Translations under genes and position numbers: made by a program
In this document: in pieces, positions 24,365 through 37,477 of the stretch
Numbering within the stretch: the first letter of the stretch is position 1
Layout of the letters: the number at the start of each line of letters is the position of its first letter
Source of the DNA: Octopus bimaculoides
Taxonomy: Eukaryota
Reading direction: 5' to 3'
NCBI RefSeq assembly: GCF_001194135.2
Contig: NC_068998.1
Span: 2,765,769 to 2,829,768 of the forward strand
DNA: 64,000 nt
Notes under the pieces: model-generated
The model's input: only the letters and a program-made list of their open reading frames with translations
Databases searched by the model: none
Told to the model about the DNA's origin: nothing

Positions 24365-24960
24365 CAGTATGGACTATGGCAGGTTTTCGAGGTTGTTGGA
24401 TACAGCAAGGATGGTGGGGAGGAGAAGAGACAAGTAGGATAAGGAGATGTCCGAATGAAGTTGGGTTGAAGCCAGCTAGCTCCAAGGAGCAGAGGCCATT
24501 ATAGTAGTGGTAGAGAAGGCAAAGAGAGGAGACACAGCATGTCTGTGGTCGAGGGACGGGAAGATGTCTGTTAGTGATGGAATGCCATCACAACATTTTA
24601 GACATCTTGTCGTTGGATCAGATCACAAGTGAATGGGTTTGTGAAACCATGCAGCATCCCATTGGCCTCTCTGGAGATCTTCTCACGATGAAGAAGAAAA
24701 GGAAGTCGAGATGGTTATGGCCATGTAACTGGATCTTTGCAAAGACCCTTCTTTAAGGAACTGTGGAGGGGAAAAGAAGGAGAGGTGGACAGAGGTAAGG
24801 ATGGATGGACAAAGTCAAGGAATGGACACAGGTAAAGCATTAGAAGAGACCTGGGTTCTGGTACATAACCACAACAGGTGGAGGTTGTTGTACAATATGT
24901 CAGAATGGCACCTTTGTGACTCCATCTGGGGCACAAGCTAAGTGGGGTCCTATGATCTTC
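24365..24960 (-). mobile_element. Decayed non-LTR retrotransposon (CR1/L2/Jockey-group) RT C-terminal region
   Basis: Frameshifted minus-strand pieces WDAA, DLIQRQDV, SLTDIFPSLDHRHAVS and LLYHYYNGLCSLELA match the HRR.VS.LCLFY.YY.G.CS.ELA motif of such LINEs. Confidence 0.7.
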
Positions 24961-26996
24961 ATTCACCGAGAGATGGTAGTTTTAGAGTTGAGACCTTACA
25001 GATGTGGAGACATACATCCTGGGCTTAATGCATACATAAGTGACCTGACCTCCACTAACAACAACTACTATTGGTACCACCATCACCACTGCCACCACCA
25101 CTACAACCAATACCACTGCAACTACCAGCATCATTACTATCACCATCACTCACATCATCATCATCATCATCATCATAACCGCTGCCATCACCACCACCAC
25201 CACCACCACCACTACCATCGCCACTGCAGAATTTTCTGGTGGCCACCTCCCTACATTCCATTAACATCCACAAAGATATTGAACTGCTGATCAAAGGATA
25301 CATTTTGTTTATTAAACAACACATTATATACATCATTATTTTTTTTATTTATGTTATTAAGCAGTGGTTGTGTGGAGAAGGTGGGGGGGGGGGTTAGCTG
25401 TAATGTGGGCCAAAAAAACAAGAGAAAATAAATACAATTACTATTATTATTATTATCATTATTATTATTTTGCAAGTAGTTCTGAAGAATGGTTAAAGAG
25501 TTATTGAATTTATATTTCACTCCTGATTACTGACATTGATACATGCACACACACACACACACACACATGTATGTCTATATAACTTTGGTTTTATGAATGA
25601 GCGAAATAGAACTCAATAAAATAATGATATAATTTTTGTTAACCGAGAAATCAGTGATGCAAGGGCCTACAGTTCAGTACCAATGCTCTTATAAAAAAGG
25701 GTTAGCAATCAAGAAGGAGACCTGGCTATTAAACATAAACCCTTACCTTAAAATCTCCCATCTAACATATGTAAACATGGAAAGGCAAACATTTAAAAAA
25801 AAAACACTAATGGCTGCATCAGGTCAACTCTTGCAGAGTTTTGTAACAAGCAGAGTTCCCTTGAGTGTATTAACCCTCTCAGATCTGGGCCCGTCTTTAA
25901 CTTTATCCTCCACCTGGGCCCCTGAGCAAAAAAATAGCTACGTATACAGCTTAAGAGTAACAATTTCAGGCAAAGTTATGGGCAGGGTCACTCGACAGAA
26001 AGTTCAGGAGCATACCAATGGAACTTTCTTTCAAATACTGTATTTGTTCCTTGCAGGCAAACTAATGGACAGAATCACAAAGTAAAAAAGAGAGAAAGAA
26101 TAACGATAATAATAGGCCTGTCTAAGTAATTGTTTCCAATTGGGTTTGTCCTAATATCACACAAGGTGTAACAGATAACCACCATATTTGTTCAGACGAA
26201 TTGGCTACTTCCCTACTTCCCGAAATTCACTATTTTCTTTCTCTTCCCACCATGAATCTTCAATGAATATGTGCACCGTTCTTTGTGGATCTGCACCAAA
26301 ATCCCACTGCTGCGGAACAACAAAACCAAATGACTGACACATCCTGCAAATGTTTCATTGGAATCAAAATTTTTAGTAGAACAATTGATTGGCGCCTTTT
26401 GGATATCAAAATAAAAGGAATGTGGAGAAATTACTGAAGAGTTTTTAAAAGCATTCCTACCCTTTTCTATCACCTATTTATTTATGCAAGTTGGCATTTT
26501 CATTATCAACAAACATCAAAACGAAGAAATGACATTGTCTATTATCAGTGAAGGCTGAACTATGCATCACTTTGTCAAAATATTCCACCAAGACTAAATT
26601 AAATTTATTAATTACATCAAAGTCAGCTGTCTCATTAATTTAGTAACAAACATTTAATTATGCCTCGCTGTTTACACGTATTACTAGTTTGCCATAGATA
26701 ATTTAATAATTTTTTCTGTGTTATTATACGACTTCTTAGGATGTTTGGGGGTTAGTTATCAGGGGGCAAGGTGGACAGCAATATTTTAAAATATTCTCTC
26801 TGGGTGCTGTATGGTGACAAAGGGTCGAAGTTACTGCCTTAACATAATTTTCAAGCAGAAACATGTGACCCAGGGTGGTGAAGCAAGGTTGACCCATCGA
26901 ATTATAGAGTAGCAACAAAATGAAACAACAGTTGTGAGGATCTGAAACTATCAGATACAACAGAAGAGCACAAATACACATACATAAGTAAGCATA

Positions 26997-27398
26997 CACA
27001 TACAGGTATGGCTTGTGGTAAGAAGTTTGATCCGCAACCACATGGTTCTGAGTTCAGTTCCACTGTATGGCACCTTGGGCAAGTGTTTTCTGCTATAGCT
27101 TTGAACTGACCAATATTTTGTGAGTGGATTTGGTAGACAAAAACTGAAAGAGGCCCATCATACATGTGTGTGTGTGTATATATATATATATACGTGTGTC
27201 TGTGTTTGTCCCACCACCACTTGGCAACTGGTGTTAGTGTGTTTCCATCCTTGTAACTTAGCAGTTCATCAAAAAAGAGAGAGGGAATAAATACCAGGTT
27301 TAAAAAAAAAAGTATTGGGGTTGATTCGTTTGACTAAAATTCTTCAAGATGGTGCCCCAGCATGGCCACAGTCTAATGACTGAAACTAATAAAAGATA
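26997..27398 (+). mobile_element. Family A SINE, full length
   Basis: Head, short internal (GT/AT)n linker and 3' GACTGAAAC tail all present. Confidence 0.85.
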
Positions 27399-27547
27399 CA
27401 TAACTCTGAGTACAGACACAGCTCTCTTTGCTAGCTAAGATGTCAGACAAAATGACCGATGATACCAGATCCATACATGACATCAGGGTAGCACTGAAGT
27501 TACAATGAATGTAAACCATCTCCTGCCAATTCTTATCTGAAAAAGCA

Positions 27548-27725
27548 TTAACCCTTTTGATACTAACCTGTCTGAGACCACTCCTGATTCTAGGATACAA
27601 ATTCCCAGTTTAAAAATTATCAAAATGAAAACCTCCCATCAAAATTTCATGTTAATTTATGTTCCAAACACCACCTTAATAATGTTAAAATTATTTTCCT
27701 AAATTCTTCCTTATTTTCAAAGTTA
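27548..27725. mobile_element. Truncated piggyBac-like MITE (same family as 50562-50781)
   Basis: TTAACCCTTTTGATACTAAC...GTTCCAAACACC...TAAATTCTTC matches 50562-50730. Confidence 0.65.
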
Positions 27726-28310
27726 CATACACACATCTTGACCTTCCATCTGTCCTAAGCAAGCAAGGAAAAGCAATTGTTAAAGCAAAGCTATGGCGAT
27801 ACATAAATAAAGACATATCTAATATTATTCACACACAGACACACCACATACATAATATTATATATAATTATATACAATAAATGTGGCAGGATTATTTTGC
27901 TTTTAATCAATGTCTGAATAAAACAGTTGTCTGTCCTCTACAGGAAATGTTAGAATTCATTCAATAATAAGTATTTGTTGATAACACAATGCACTTTTTA
28001 AGGTTACGTACTGTGTCTCCATTGCTGCATGTATTAGATTTCGCAGCTTGTCAATATGTATTATGTGAAGCTGAAGAGCAAGGCTCCAATTGATAGCAGT
28101 TGGTAAGTAATGTATAGCTGATATCTGCAGAAAGTTATGGAATTTCAAATGAGATCCAGTTACAAGATGTAAAACAGATGACAAAATATTAAGACAAGTG
28201 ATGAGACACTCTAAAACAAATCAACATCCTCCCCCCTCCCCACACACAATTTAACTGGTGCCAATATGGGAAGAAAAATAAAGAAATCAGAAATCAGAAA
28301 TTAGCATATA

Positions 28311-28690
28311 TAGGCACAAGTATGGTTGTGTCATTAAAAAGTTTGAGTTACAACCACATAATTCCAGGTTCAGTCCCACTGTGTGGTACCCTGGGCAAGT
28401 GTCTTCTATTACAGCCCCAGGTTGACCAATGTGTTGTGAGTGAATTTGGAAACTGTGTGGAAGCATGTCATAAATCATCATCGTTTAACATCTGTTTTTC
28501 CATGCTGGCATGGGTTAGACAGTTTGCCAGGAACTGACAAGACAGAAGACTGCGCCAAGCCCTACCGTCTGCTTTGGCATGGTTTCTACAGCTTGATGCC
28601 TTTCCTAACACTCGACCACTTTACAGAGTGGCACTGAGTGCTTTTCATGTGACACCTGCTGCAGAGAGGTCACCAAATAACTTGTAAAAG
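28311..28690. mobile_element. Family A 5' half (+) joined at its linker to a family C element (-)
   Basis: A head at 28311-28465, then CATCATCGTTTAAC...CCATGCTGGCATGGG at 28475-28690. Confidence 0.75.
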
Positions 28691-28820
28691 AAGACCCCCC
28701 CACTTCTCAAATGAACTTGAAATGATGGGTTTGGGAAACAAATTTCTTACCACAGAACCATGTCTACATGTGAGTGAGTGTTTCTATATATAACAAAGCC
28801 ACATAACAGGAAGGGATTAT

Positions 28821-28870
<50 letters not shown>

Positions 28871-29170
28871 GAGAGAGAGAGAGGGAGAGAGAGAGGGAGA
28901 GAAAGAGAGAGAGAGAGAGTGGCAAACAGACAGACGAGAAGAAAGACAGACATCTGTTGCCAGTTAATGGTATTCAACTTTAGGGAAACCTTTCGAAAAA
29001 ATGTACCCAGACAATAGTATTAAGAAGCGGGAGCAGGGATACATACATACATATAATTTAAAACATACATACATATATACTCATACATATATATATACTC
29101 TATATATACACACACACGTACATACATCTACATAAATTGTAAAACACAAACATATACATATATTTATACG

Positions 29171-29205
<35 letters not shown>

Positions 29206-29683
29206 TTATATATACACACAAATTTCTACATGCATACATATCAAGTTATGGTAAACAAATGGAAAGATACAAAAAAAAACAAAAAAACAAATCAAAGAAA
29301 GCTACAAATAAAACAAAGTTAAACAGAAATATAAACAAAGAAAACATAAATTTTAGATAAAATACATCATCATCATCATCATAAACACAAACATAAATAT
29401 TACAGAGAAGGAAACAAATTTATGTGTGAGACTGTGTTTGGGTTTTATCTGATGGCTGTTTGGATAGGAATCGTTCAACCCAATACAGAACAAATGGTAG
29501 GAAAGTACTAAAGTACCATTAAGGTACACACTGTTGCATTGGTGCTGTTTTGGTTGCTATGTCTGGGAAAATATACAGGAATGGAAGAGAAAAGGAACAA
29601 AGGGAAACGGTGATTGATGAGTGATGGAAAAATAAAGATTTAATTAGGAAAAAAACCCCCCCAAAATGGAAAATAATATTTTT

Positions 29684-29887
29684 TTTCTACTCTAGGCACA
29701 AGGCCTGAAAATTTTGGAGAGGGCGCCAGTCGATTAGATCGACACCAGTACTTGACTGGTACTTAATTTATTGACCCTGAAAGGATGAAAAGCCAAGTCG
29801 ACCTCAGTGGAATTTGAACTCAGAATGTAAAGACAGACGAAATACTGCTAAGCATTTCGCCCGGCATGCTAACGATTCTGCCACCTT
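29684..29887 (-). mobile_element. Family B SINE (young, CpG-retaining)
   Basis: Near-consensus GTCGATTAGATCGAC...AGCATTTCGCCCGGCATGCTAACGATTCTGCC. Confidence 0.85.
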
Positions 29888-30149
29888 AACGAAAGGAAAC
29901 ATTAAAAAAAAAATACAAAATAAAGGACCTACCCCCAAGGTAAAGCCAAAAACAAATAATAATGTAGAAGAAAGAAATTAATAGGGTTGGATATTCAAAC
30001 GTGAAGAATGTTGGAATAAGGTAAAAACTGTTTGGTGAGGAATTGTGAGAAGATGGACAGAGGGGAAGATAAAAGCAGAAATGAATATGTTTGAAGATAG
30101 AAGAATTCCAAAGATTATAGTTGGAACAAATGTTTATGAAAGGAAGTGT

Positions 30150-30700
30150 GGACAACAGCAGTAGTATCACCACAACCTTCACCATCACCATCATCAACAG
30201 CAGTAGTATCATCATCATCATCATCATCACAACACCACCACTGCCAACATCAACACCAACTTCACTACTAATGTAAATAGCAACACAGCACCACATCATC
30301 GTAACCACCAACATGAACATCACCAATACTGTCAAGACCACTACCTCATCACTACTACAACCAGCACTGCAATAATCACCACCATCTCTACAGCCACTGA
30401 CCACTGTCGTCATTGCCACAACGACCATAAGCTCTGTCATTATGACCTCAACTACAATGACCACAAGAACCGCACCACAATCAGCCAGCACTACAACATC
30501 CACCACTGCTACTAAAACAACCACCACAAGAACTACCACAACAACCCTGGCCATGGTGACCACCACCACCGCCACAATCTTAAGCTCCATTAACCAGCTC
30601 TTGTGATGATGATGATGATGTATAAGAAGGTAAAGATGAAGAAGATGAAGATGAAAACAATGATAAAGGTTGTAGCATGTATGGGTGGTGGTGGTGGTGG
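30150..30700. repeat. Degenerate (CAC/CAA/CAT) trinucleotide low-complexity tract
   Basis: Triplet-periodic; the plus-strand Thr-rich frame contains stops. Confidence 0.75.
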
Positions 30701-31846
30701 TGGGTGCAATGGATTGTGTTTGATGTTTCTTGTGGAATATTCCCATGCCTCCTTCCACTACGACCACCACCTCCCAACCCATTCACTTCAGATCAAATGT
30801 TATTTTATGGGTCACTATTCTTCATTTCGCATTCTCTCCAAACTTTAACAAGGATTACTTCTCATCTTTTTCTTCAACACCAACCGACATTTCCATAATC
30901 TCTCTTTATGTATATTTTACCATTTTAGTTCTGTTTGTTTATATATTTCCTTTGGTTTTTTGTTGGTTTGTTTGGTTGAATGGTTCGGTTCTGGTTTTGG
31001 TTTGGTTGCTCTCAACATTTTGGATTGATTGAACTATCTTTCCTAGATAGAAGCATTTCTCTCTCACTCTCTTTTTCTTTAACCAAATGCTATCCAAACG
31101 AAAAAATATTGGTGGTGCAGACCAATACAAGAACCTCCCTGCAGTAACTAGGTCCAAAAATAACAGCCAACTCTCCCTCAGATCAAATTTTACTGTTTTA
31201 GCGCTTTTGGTATAAACCTACCTGACATTGCTCCTGGTTCTATAATTCAAATTTGATAATAAATGGTTCTTCATAAAGGAACCATCATCATCATCGTTTA
31301 ATGTCTGATTTTTATGCTGGAATGGGTTGGACAGTTTGACAGGAGCTGACCAGCTGGGCCAGGTTCCAACTGTCTTTCCTGGCATGTTACTACAGCATGA
31401 TGCCCTCCATAATGCCAACCATTTTTTTACAAGAGGGTACTCGGTGCTTTTTATATGGAGCCAGCACAAAAACAATAGAATTTGAACCTGTAAAGTTTTG
31501 ATATTTTAGAATAGTTATGTTTTTTTTTTTTACATTGGTTGGAAGTTTCAACTTGATAGCATTCTGTATAGTGCGGTAAGGGCTCTGTCAGCTCACTGCC
31601 TTCAAGTGAACACAATATCAACATTACATAATTATTTTTTCATATTTAACCCTGCAAAAAAATACATAGCAAAAGAAAAGAACAAACAAAACAGACATTA
31701 CAAAACTCAGAAAAGAAAAAAAAATATAGAAACACCCATCCAGCTGTTTGAGACAATTTTAAACACAAGACATAGAAAATGAAGTTTGAGATGTGAAATG
31801 TCATAAAACTGATTAAGACAAATCATAAATCACACACACATCTACC

Positions 31847-31879
<33 letters not shown>

Positions 31880-32601
31880 AGATAATATACAGAATAACCT
31901 CAACAAATATTATCCACAAGAATTTGAAGCATTATCAAGGTTTGGCTGGGGTNNNNNNNNNNNNNNNNNNNNNNNNNNNNNNNNNNNTATTTTTCAATTG
32001 ATATTCTATACTTACTAGCATCGAGATGTATTAATAGTCGAAAATACAGTTGGTGTTGATCTAAAGTAACATCCTTTTCCACTGTCTACACTCTTTTCTC
32101 TGGTGGTGCTTCTCTTGGTCAGTTTTACATACAATAGGAAACTCTCTTTCCAGCCTCCCACACAGAAGAGCTATTATTGGCTCTTTCCTTCCCCCACCAA
32201 CCACCAAAACAAAACCAAAAAAAAACAAAAAAAAACATGCAACCTTCTGTTGTTGAAGCAAGATTGCAATTATTATTATTAGTAGTAGCAGTATTACTGC
32301 TAGTAGTATTAGTAGTAGTAGTAGTAGTAGTAGTAGTAGCAACAGTAGTAGTAGGCTATTTAGAGACAACAAACAAGTCTCCTCTTGTTAGGTTAAAAAT
32401 CTTATTACTCACAGCTGTAGAAATTTAAGCCTAAGCAACATTAAATGAATGAATAAATAAATGATGATGATAATAATAATGATAATAGTAATAATAATAA
32501 TAATAATGGCAATAATTAAAAAAAAAAAGAAAAGAGAAACACATTTCAGAAATGAGGATACAATCTGATTATGAAAGTAGACAGACTAGAATAATGACAA
32601 T

Positions 32602-32960
32602 CCTTTCTACTATAGGCACAAGGCCTGAAATTTGGGGAGGAGGCGACTAGTTGATTACATCGACCCCAGTGTTTCACTGGTACTTAATTTATTGACCCTG
32701 AAAGGACGAAAAGCAAAGTCGACCTCGGTGGAGTTTGAACTCAGAATGTAGCAACAGGCAAAATACTGCTAGGCATTTTGTCCAGCATGCTAACGATTCT
32801 GCCAGCTCACCGCCTTAATAATAATAATGGCTTCAATTTTTGGCACAAGACCAGCAATTTTGTTGAAGTGGGTAAGTCAATTACATTGACCCCAGTATCC
32901 AACTGGTACTTATTTAATTGACTCCCAAAAGGATGAAAGGCAAAGTCAACCTTGGTAGAA
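32602..32960 (-). mobile_element. Tandem pair of family B SINEs separated by (AAT)n
   Basis: Full copy at 32602-32816 and truncated copy at 32828-32960. Confidence 0.85.
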
Positions 32961-33073
32961 TATGCATGTGCCTGGTGGACCCTTATCGGCTGAGTAGTCA
33001 TGATGGGTACTTTAGGCTTTGTATATTTGTACCCCAGTGTCACTTTGATGGCATGCATTGCTCTCTCTCACTC

Positions 33074-33105
<32 letters not shown>

Positions 33106-33379
33106 TAATAATAATAATTAAAGACTACCACAACCCAAGCCAGAATCTGAAGGAAATGGTGAAGACTGGGACAGGGGTTGAAGGAAGACTTGTTGGCGCT
33201 AAAGTAAAGGTGTTGGTTTTGGTAAAAAGGAAGTCCCATGTGGGCAGCAGTACTATCAACCCCCACTCACAAAACCAACCTCTTACCTCATCTCGTATTA
33301 GGAGGAAAATAAATATTTTCATCACTGAAGAATAAACATTTCTCATGAAGAATATACACACACGTGTGTGTGTGTGTGT

Positions 33380-33434
<55 letters not shown>

Positions 33435-34582
33435 CCTGAGAAGTCTGTTTATAGGACAAAATGAAAAGCTATGAAATACAAGAATTATACAGCATACACA
33501 TTCTTTCTCACACTCACACACATACACTATTACACACTTCTGCACATAAGTGTACCACTCTAAAACCTCACACACATACACCTACATACACACACACACA
33601 CACATACACTGACACACACCTAGATACACTACCGTACACCCACATACACAGAAACACAACTACTCTCACTGACACATGCATACACCTATATACAGCCACA
33701 TGTGTACAAACACACACAATGCCCCNNNNNNNNNNNNNNNNNNNNNNNNNNNNNNNNNNNNNNNNNNNNNNNNNNNNNNNNNNNNNNNNNNNNNNNNNNN
33801 NNNNNNNNNNNNNNNNNNNNNNNNNNNNNNNNNNNNNNNNNNNNNNNNNNNNNNNNNNNNNNNNNNNNNNNNNNNNNNNNNNNNNNNNNNNNNNNNNNNN
33901 NNNNNNNNNNNNNNNNNNNNNNNNNNNNNNNNNNNNNNNNNNNNNNNNNNNNNNNNNNNNNNNNNNNNNNNNNNNNNNNNNNNNNNNNNNNNNNNNNNNN
34001 NNNNNNNNNNNNNNNNNNNNNNNNNNNNNNNNNNNNNNNNNNNNNNNNNNNNNNNNNNNNNNNNNNNNNNNNNNNNNNNNNNNNNNNNNNNNNNNNNNNN
34101 NNNNNNNNNNNNNNNNNNNNNNNNNNNNNNNNNNNNNNNNNNNNNNNNNNNNNNNNNNNNNNNNNNNNNNAGAGAGAGAGAGAGAGAGAGAGAGATGATA
34201 GAAGAGAGAGAGAGAGATGATAGAAGAGAGAGAGAGAGATGATAGAAGAGAGAGAGAGAGATGATAGAAGAGAGAGAGAGAGATGATAGAAGAGAGAGAA
34301 CTACAAGTAATTTTGCTGAATAGCATCTGTCTTCTTCTCTCTATGATTCCCCTCTATCTCTCTCTCTCTCTCTCCTATTGGTCAATGACACACTTATGAC
34401 ATACTAGAGACAATACCTTGACATTTTCTAACAGCTTCCATTACAGCAGGTAACTTAGCTTTTCAATACAATTCACAAATCATTCAATTGTCTAATTGTC
34501 ACCAAAGATATAACAATAACAACACACACACATATGTATATAAACACATATATACATTTATGTATATATACAGATAAATGTT

Positions 34583-34721
34583 CATCATCATCATAGTCAA
34601 GCCATCCAACCCATGCCAGCATGGAAAACAGACGTTAAACTGAGGACTGGCAAGCCAGGAGGCTGCACCAGGCCCCAATCTGATCTGGCATTGTTTCTAC
34701 AGCTGGATGCCCTTCCTAATG
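34583..34721 (-). mobile_element. Family C element containing a 47-bp internal inversion
   Basis: 34595-34641 is the reverse complement of the expected segment; the flanks are in normal orientation. Confidence 0.8.
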
Positions 34722-34875
34722 TTTCAAGATAGTACTCTGTGTATTGTAATTAGTAAGACAGCTAAATACAGTGGCAGAATAACTATTAACACTGGAAAAA
34801 TTATTCGATAACAGTAATTGGGGGGGGGGGTTCCTCTCATCAGTAATAGTTGTACATCTATCTGTGCACACAAGA

Positions 34876-34907
<32 letters not shown>

Positions 34908-34996
34908 TGTGTGNNNNNNNNNNAACTCTGCAATTACCATTTCATAGGAACAAAATGCAATTTTGGCAGACTCAGTGTTTGGCTACAACAAATACT

Positions 34997-35032
<36 letters not shown>

Positions 35033-35503
35033 TGTGTGTGTATGTGTGTGTGTGCTTGCACAAAAGTAGAACAAACAAAAAAAGCAGCTTTCAACACAAT
35101 TATTTGGAATTTTAAATATTTAATAAGTTCACTGAGCCTCACATTACTTAAAGTTTCATAAGCACAGGACATATTCACATTATTAGGTGCACGGGGTCAG
35201 AGTGAAGAGAATTTAAATGAAACTTTAAAATCGCTTCTAGATAGGAAGCTAAGAGAAATTCAACGCAGTTACATGATAACTTTAAAGCTGTCAGTGCAAA
35301 AACTCTAAATAGATGTAAATACACCCTATCCTGCCTTTGTACACAGACTAATAAAAGAGGTTGTCTTGTCATGTATGACAGTTCATTGACCCTTCATCAG
35401 TGCTTACGTAGCACCACCTCATCTTTCTTCTACAAAGAGAACTACATGGTTTTTGCTGCTTAAACTCAACACAAACCAAAACTGAAACGTAATGGCCGCA
35501 TTA

Positions 35504-35533
35504 ATTTGCATATTCTGCATATGTTATGCAAAT
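35504..35533. promoter_or_regulatory. Inverted pair of POU octamers
   Basis: ATTTGCAT (35504-35511) and ATGCAAAT (35526-35533) in unique sequence. Confidence 0.25.
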
Positions 35534-36189
35534 GTGCTTTGAGAGTGAAGAAATATATTTTTGTGACACTGTTTGAAAGAGCACACAGGCTGGGAATATT
35601 GAGCCCCACCGCACCCATGTGTGTGTGCTTGTGTGTGTGTGTGTGTGTGTGTGTGCATACACATATTGATACATGTAAGCTTATGATTGGTAAGTCCAAG
35701 GATCTTGTAAATACACACATGCATATAGATGTATATAAATATATACATAAGGGTCCTTGTGTGTGTGTGTGTGTGTATGCATATACATATTTCTAATACA
35801 CATACATACATGTGAATCAATTACCGTGATTATTAATTCATCTATTCGTTTATATATTTTTTTGGTTATTAAAATTAATCTACAGAATATAAAAATTGTC
35901 CATTGGAAGGGGATCTGTGGAAGGCCAGAGGCAGCAGAGGTGGAAGAATGGTCAATAAAGAACAACAAAAGCCCTGCTACCTCAGACAAATACACAAGGT
36001 TTGGGGGCAGAAAAAAAACAAAAGAGGAATAACATCAGGGAACAGCAGCAGCAGTAGCAGCAGCCAAGCAATTGTTGCTGTTGGAGATGAGAAGATCAAA
36101 GAGTCTAACAGAAGAGACCATTAGATACAAGGAAAGAAAAGGCTGTGTGTGTGTGTGTGTGTGTGTGTGTATTTGCAATTTCCAGCTGA

Positions 36190-36335
36190 TGGAGCCCATC
36201 TGAAAGTGTTCTGATGTTTCTAATAAAACTGTATTTGTTTGCCTATGTTTTCCAATAAACTCTGCAGAATTGTCCTTATTCTACATTTTTTCCTGAATTT
36301 TTGAAATTCTAAAGGTAATTTATGGACACCCTGTA
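36190..36335. mobile_element. Tc1/mariner-like terminal fragment
   Basis: Ends TTTATGGACACCCTG-TA (reverse complement TA-CAGGGTGTCC), a typical Tc1/mariner TIR start. Confidence 0.5.
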
Positions 36336-36786
36336 TACACATACATACATACACACACACACACACACTATAGATAGACAAACTGACAGTCTTCTGCTCA
36401 TTGGATAACGATGATAGAAAGATAAATATATAGATAGCTAGGTATATCAATAGATATATATACATAACATATACACACACACATATACATACATATATAT
36501 GTGTATATAAAATACACTGCTTTATTTTGAGATTGCTAGTGTTAACAATACTCGCAAATAAACTTTTAGATCTAACTTTTAAATCTAAAATTCACTGTGT
36601 TTTATGTATCACATCGATATTTATCTATTTATATGTATTTTTGATATTTATATATTTGAAATTTTTATATCCGTTTTATAAATGTAGAAGAATATATGTA
36701 TATATTTGATTTTGAGTGTGGTTACTAATTATGTTCCTCTAGTTTCTGCTTGCATTGCCTCCATTGAGATTATTAAGCGGAATATA

Positions 36787-36822
<36 letters not shown>

Positions 36823-37477
36823 CAGAGAGAGAGAGAGAGAGAGAGAGATTGATGGAAAAGGAGAAATACATAGACAGACAGGCAGATAACCAGATAAAGA
36901 AAGACAGGCAGATAAGTAGACAGAGATTCAAAGAGATGATTTTAAAGTATGGTGCTTTATTTATAGGTCAAAAGTTCTAGCTTTGCTACAAGCAGTAAAA
37001 TGGTCAATTAGAATAACGAACAATTATCTGATTCATTCTTAGATTAATTAGGTGCTATGTGAAGAATTAACTGTCTTTGAAGTGCTGGCAGTAGAAATGG
37101 CCAAGTTGAAGCAATGTCAGACAAGCTCCATCACAGGGTCGACAACATTACGGTTCTATCTTATTGATGATGTTGGTTGAGTGTTCTGGATGGAGCATGT
37201 TCAGAAGCTTAACACTTGCTGACTCAGTTCACCTACGTGTAAAATAAGTGCAATGGATAGTTCAAAGTTAGCCATTGATAAATGCAGCAGCAGTTTATCT
37301 GACTGGTATGTGTATTTGAATGGTTCGGTTTATCTTTGGTATTTATTTTATCAACCCTTGGAAGGACAAAAGAAAAACGAAACTATTGTGGGATTTGAAA
37401 TCAAAATATAAAGGGAGATAGACTGAATACATTGCTCTACTGATTCCACCATCCACTAATACTGTTCTTATAATAAT

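Noticed and set aside
25995-26056. Kinase-like KFHWYAPE on the minus strand
   Set aside because: It is followed by a stop after four codons, and no other kinase motifs are nearby.
29886-30782. 298-aa Val/Met-rich minus ORF and mucin-like Thr-rich plus frame
   Set aside because: This is a degenerate trinucleotide repeat; the plus frame has stops and there is no convincing splice context.
35380-35400. CTGATGAAGGG on the minus strand as a hammerhead core (also CTGATGA at 10983 and 61862)
   Set aside because: No closing stem II followed by GAAA.
37052-37180. Short plus frame VLCEELTVFEVLAVEMAKLKQ... and mariner-like resemblance
   Set aside because: Weak acceptor, no donor, and no convincing transposase motif.
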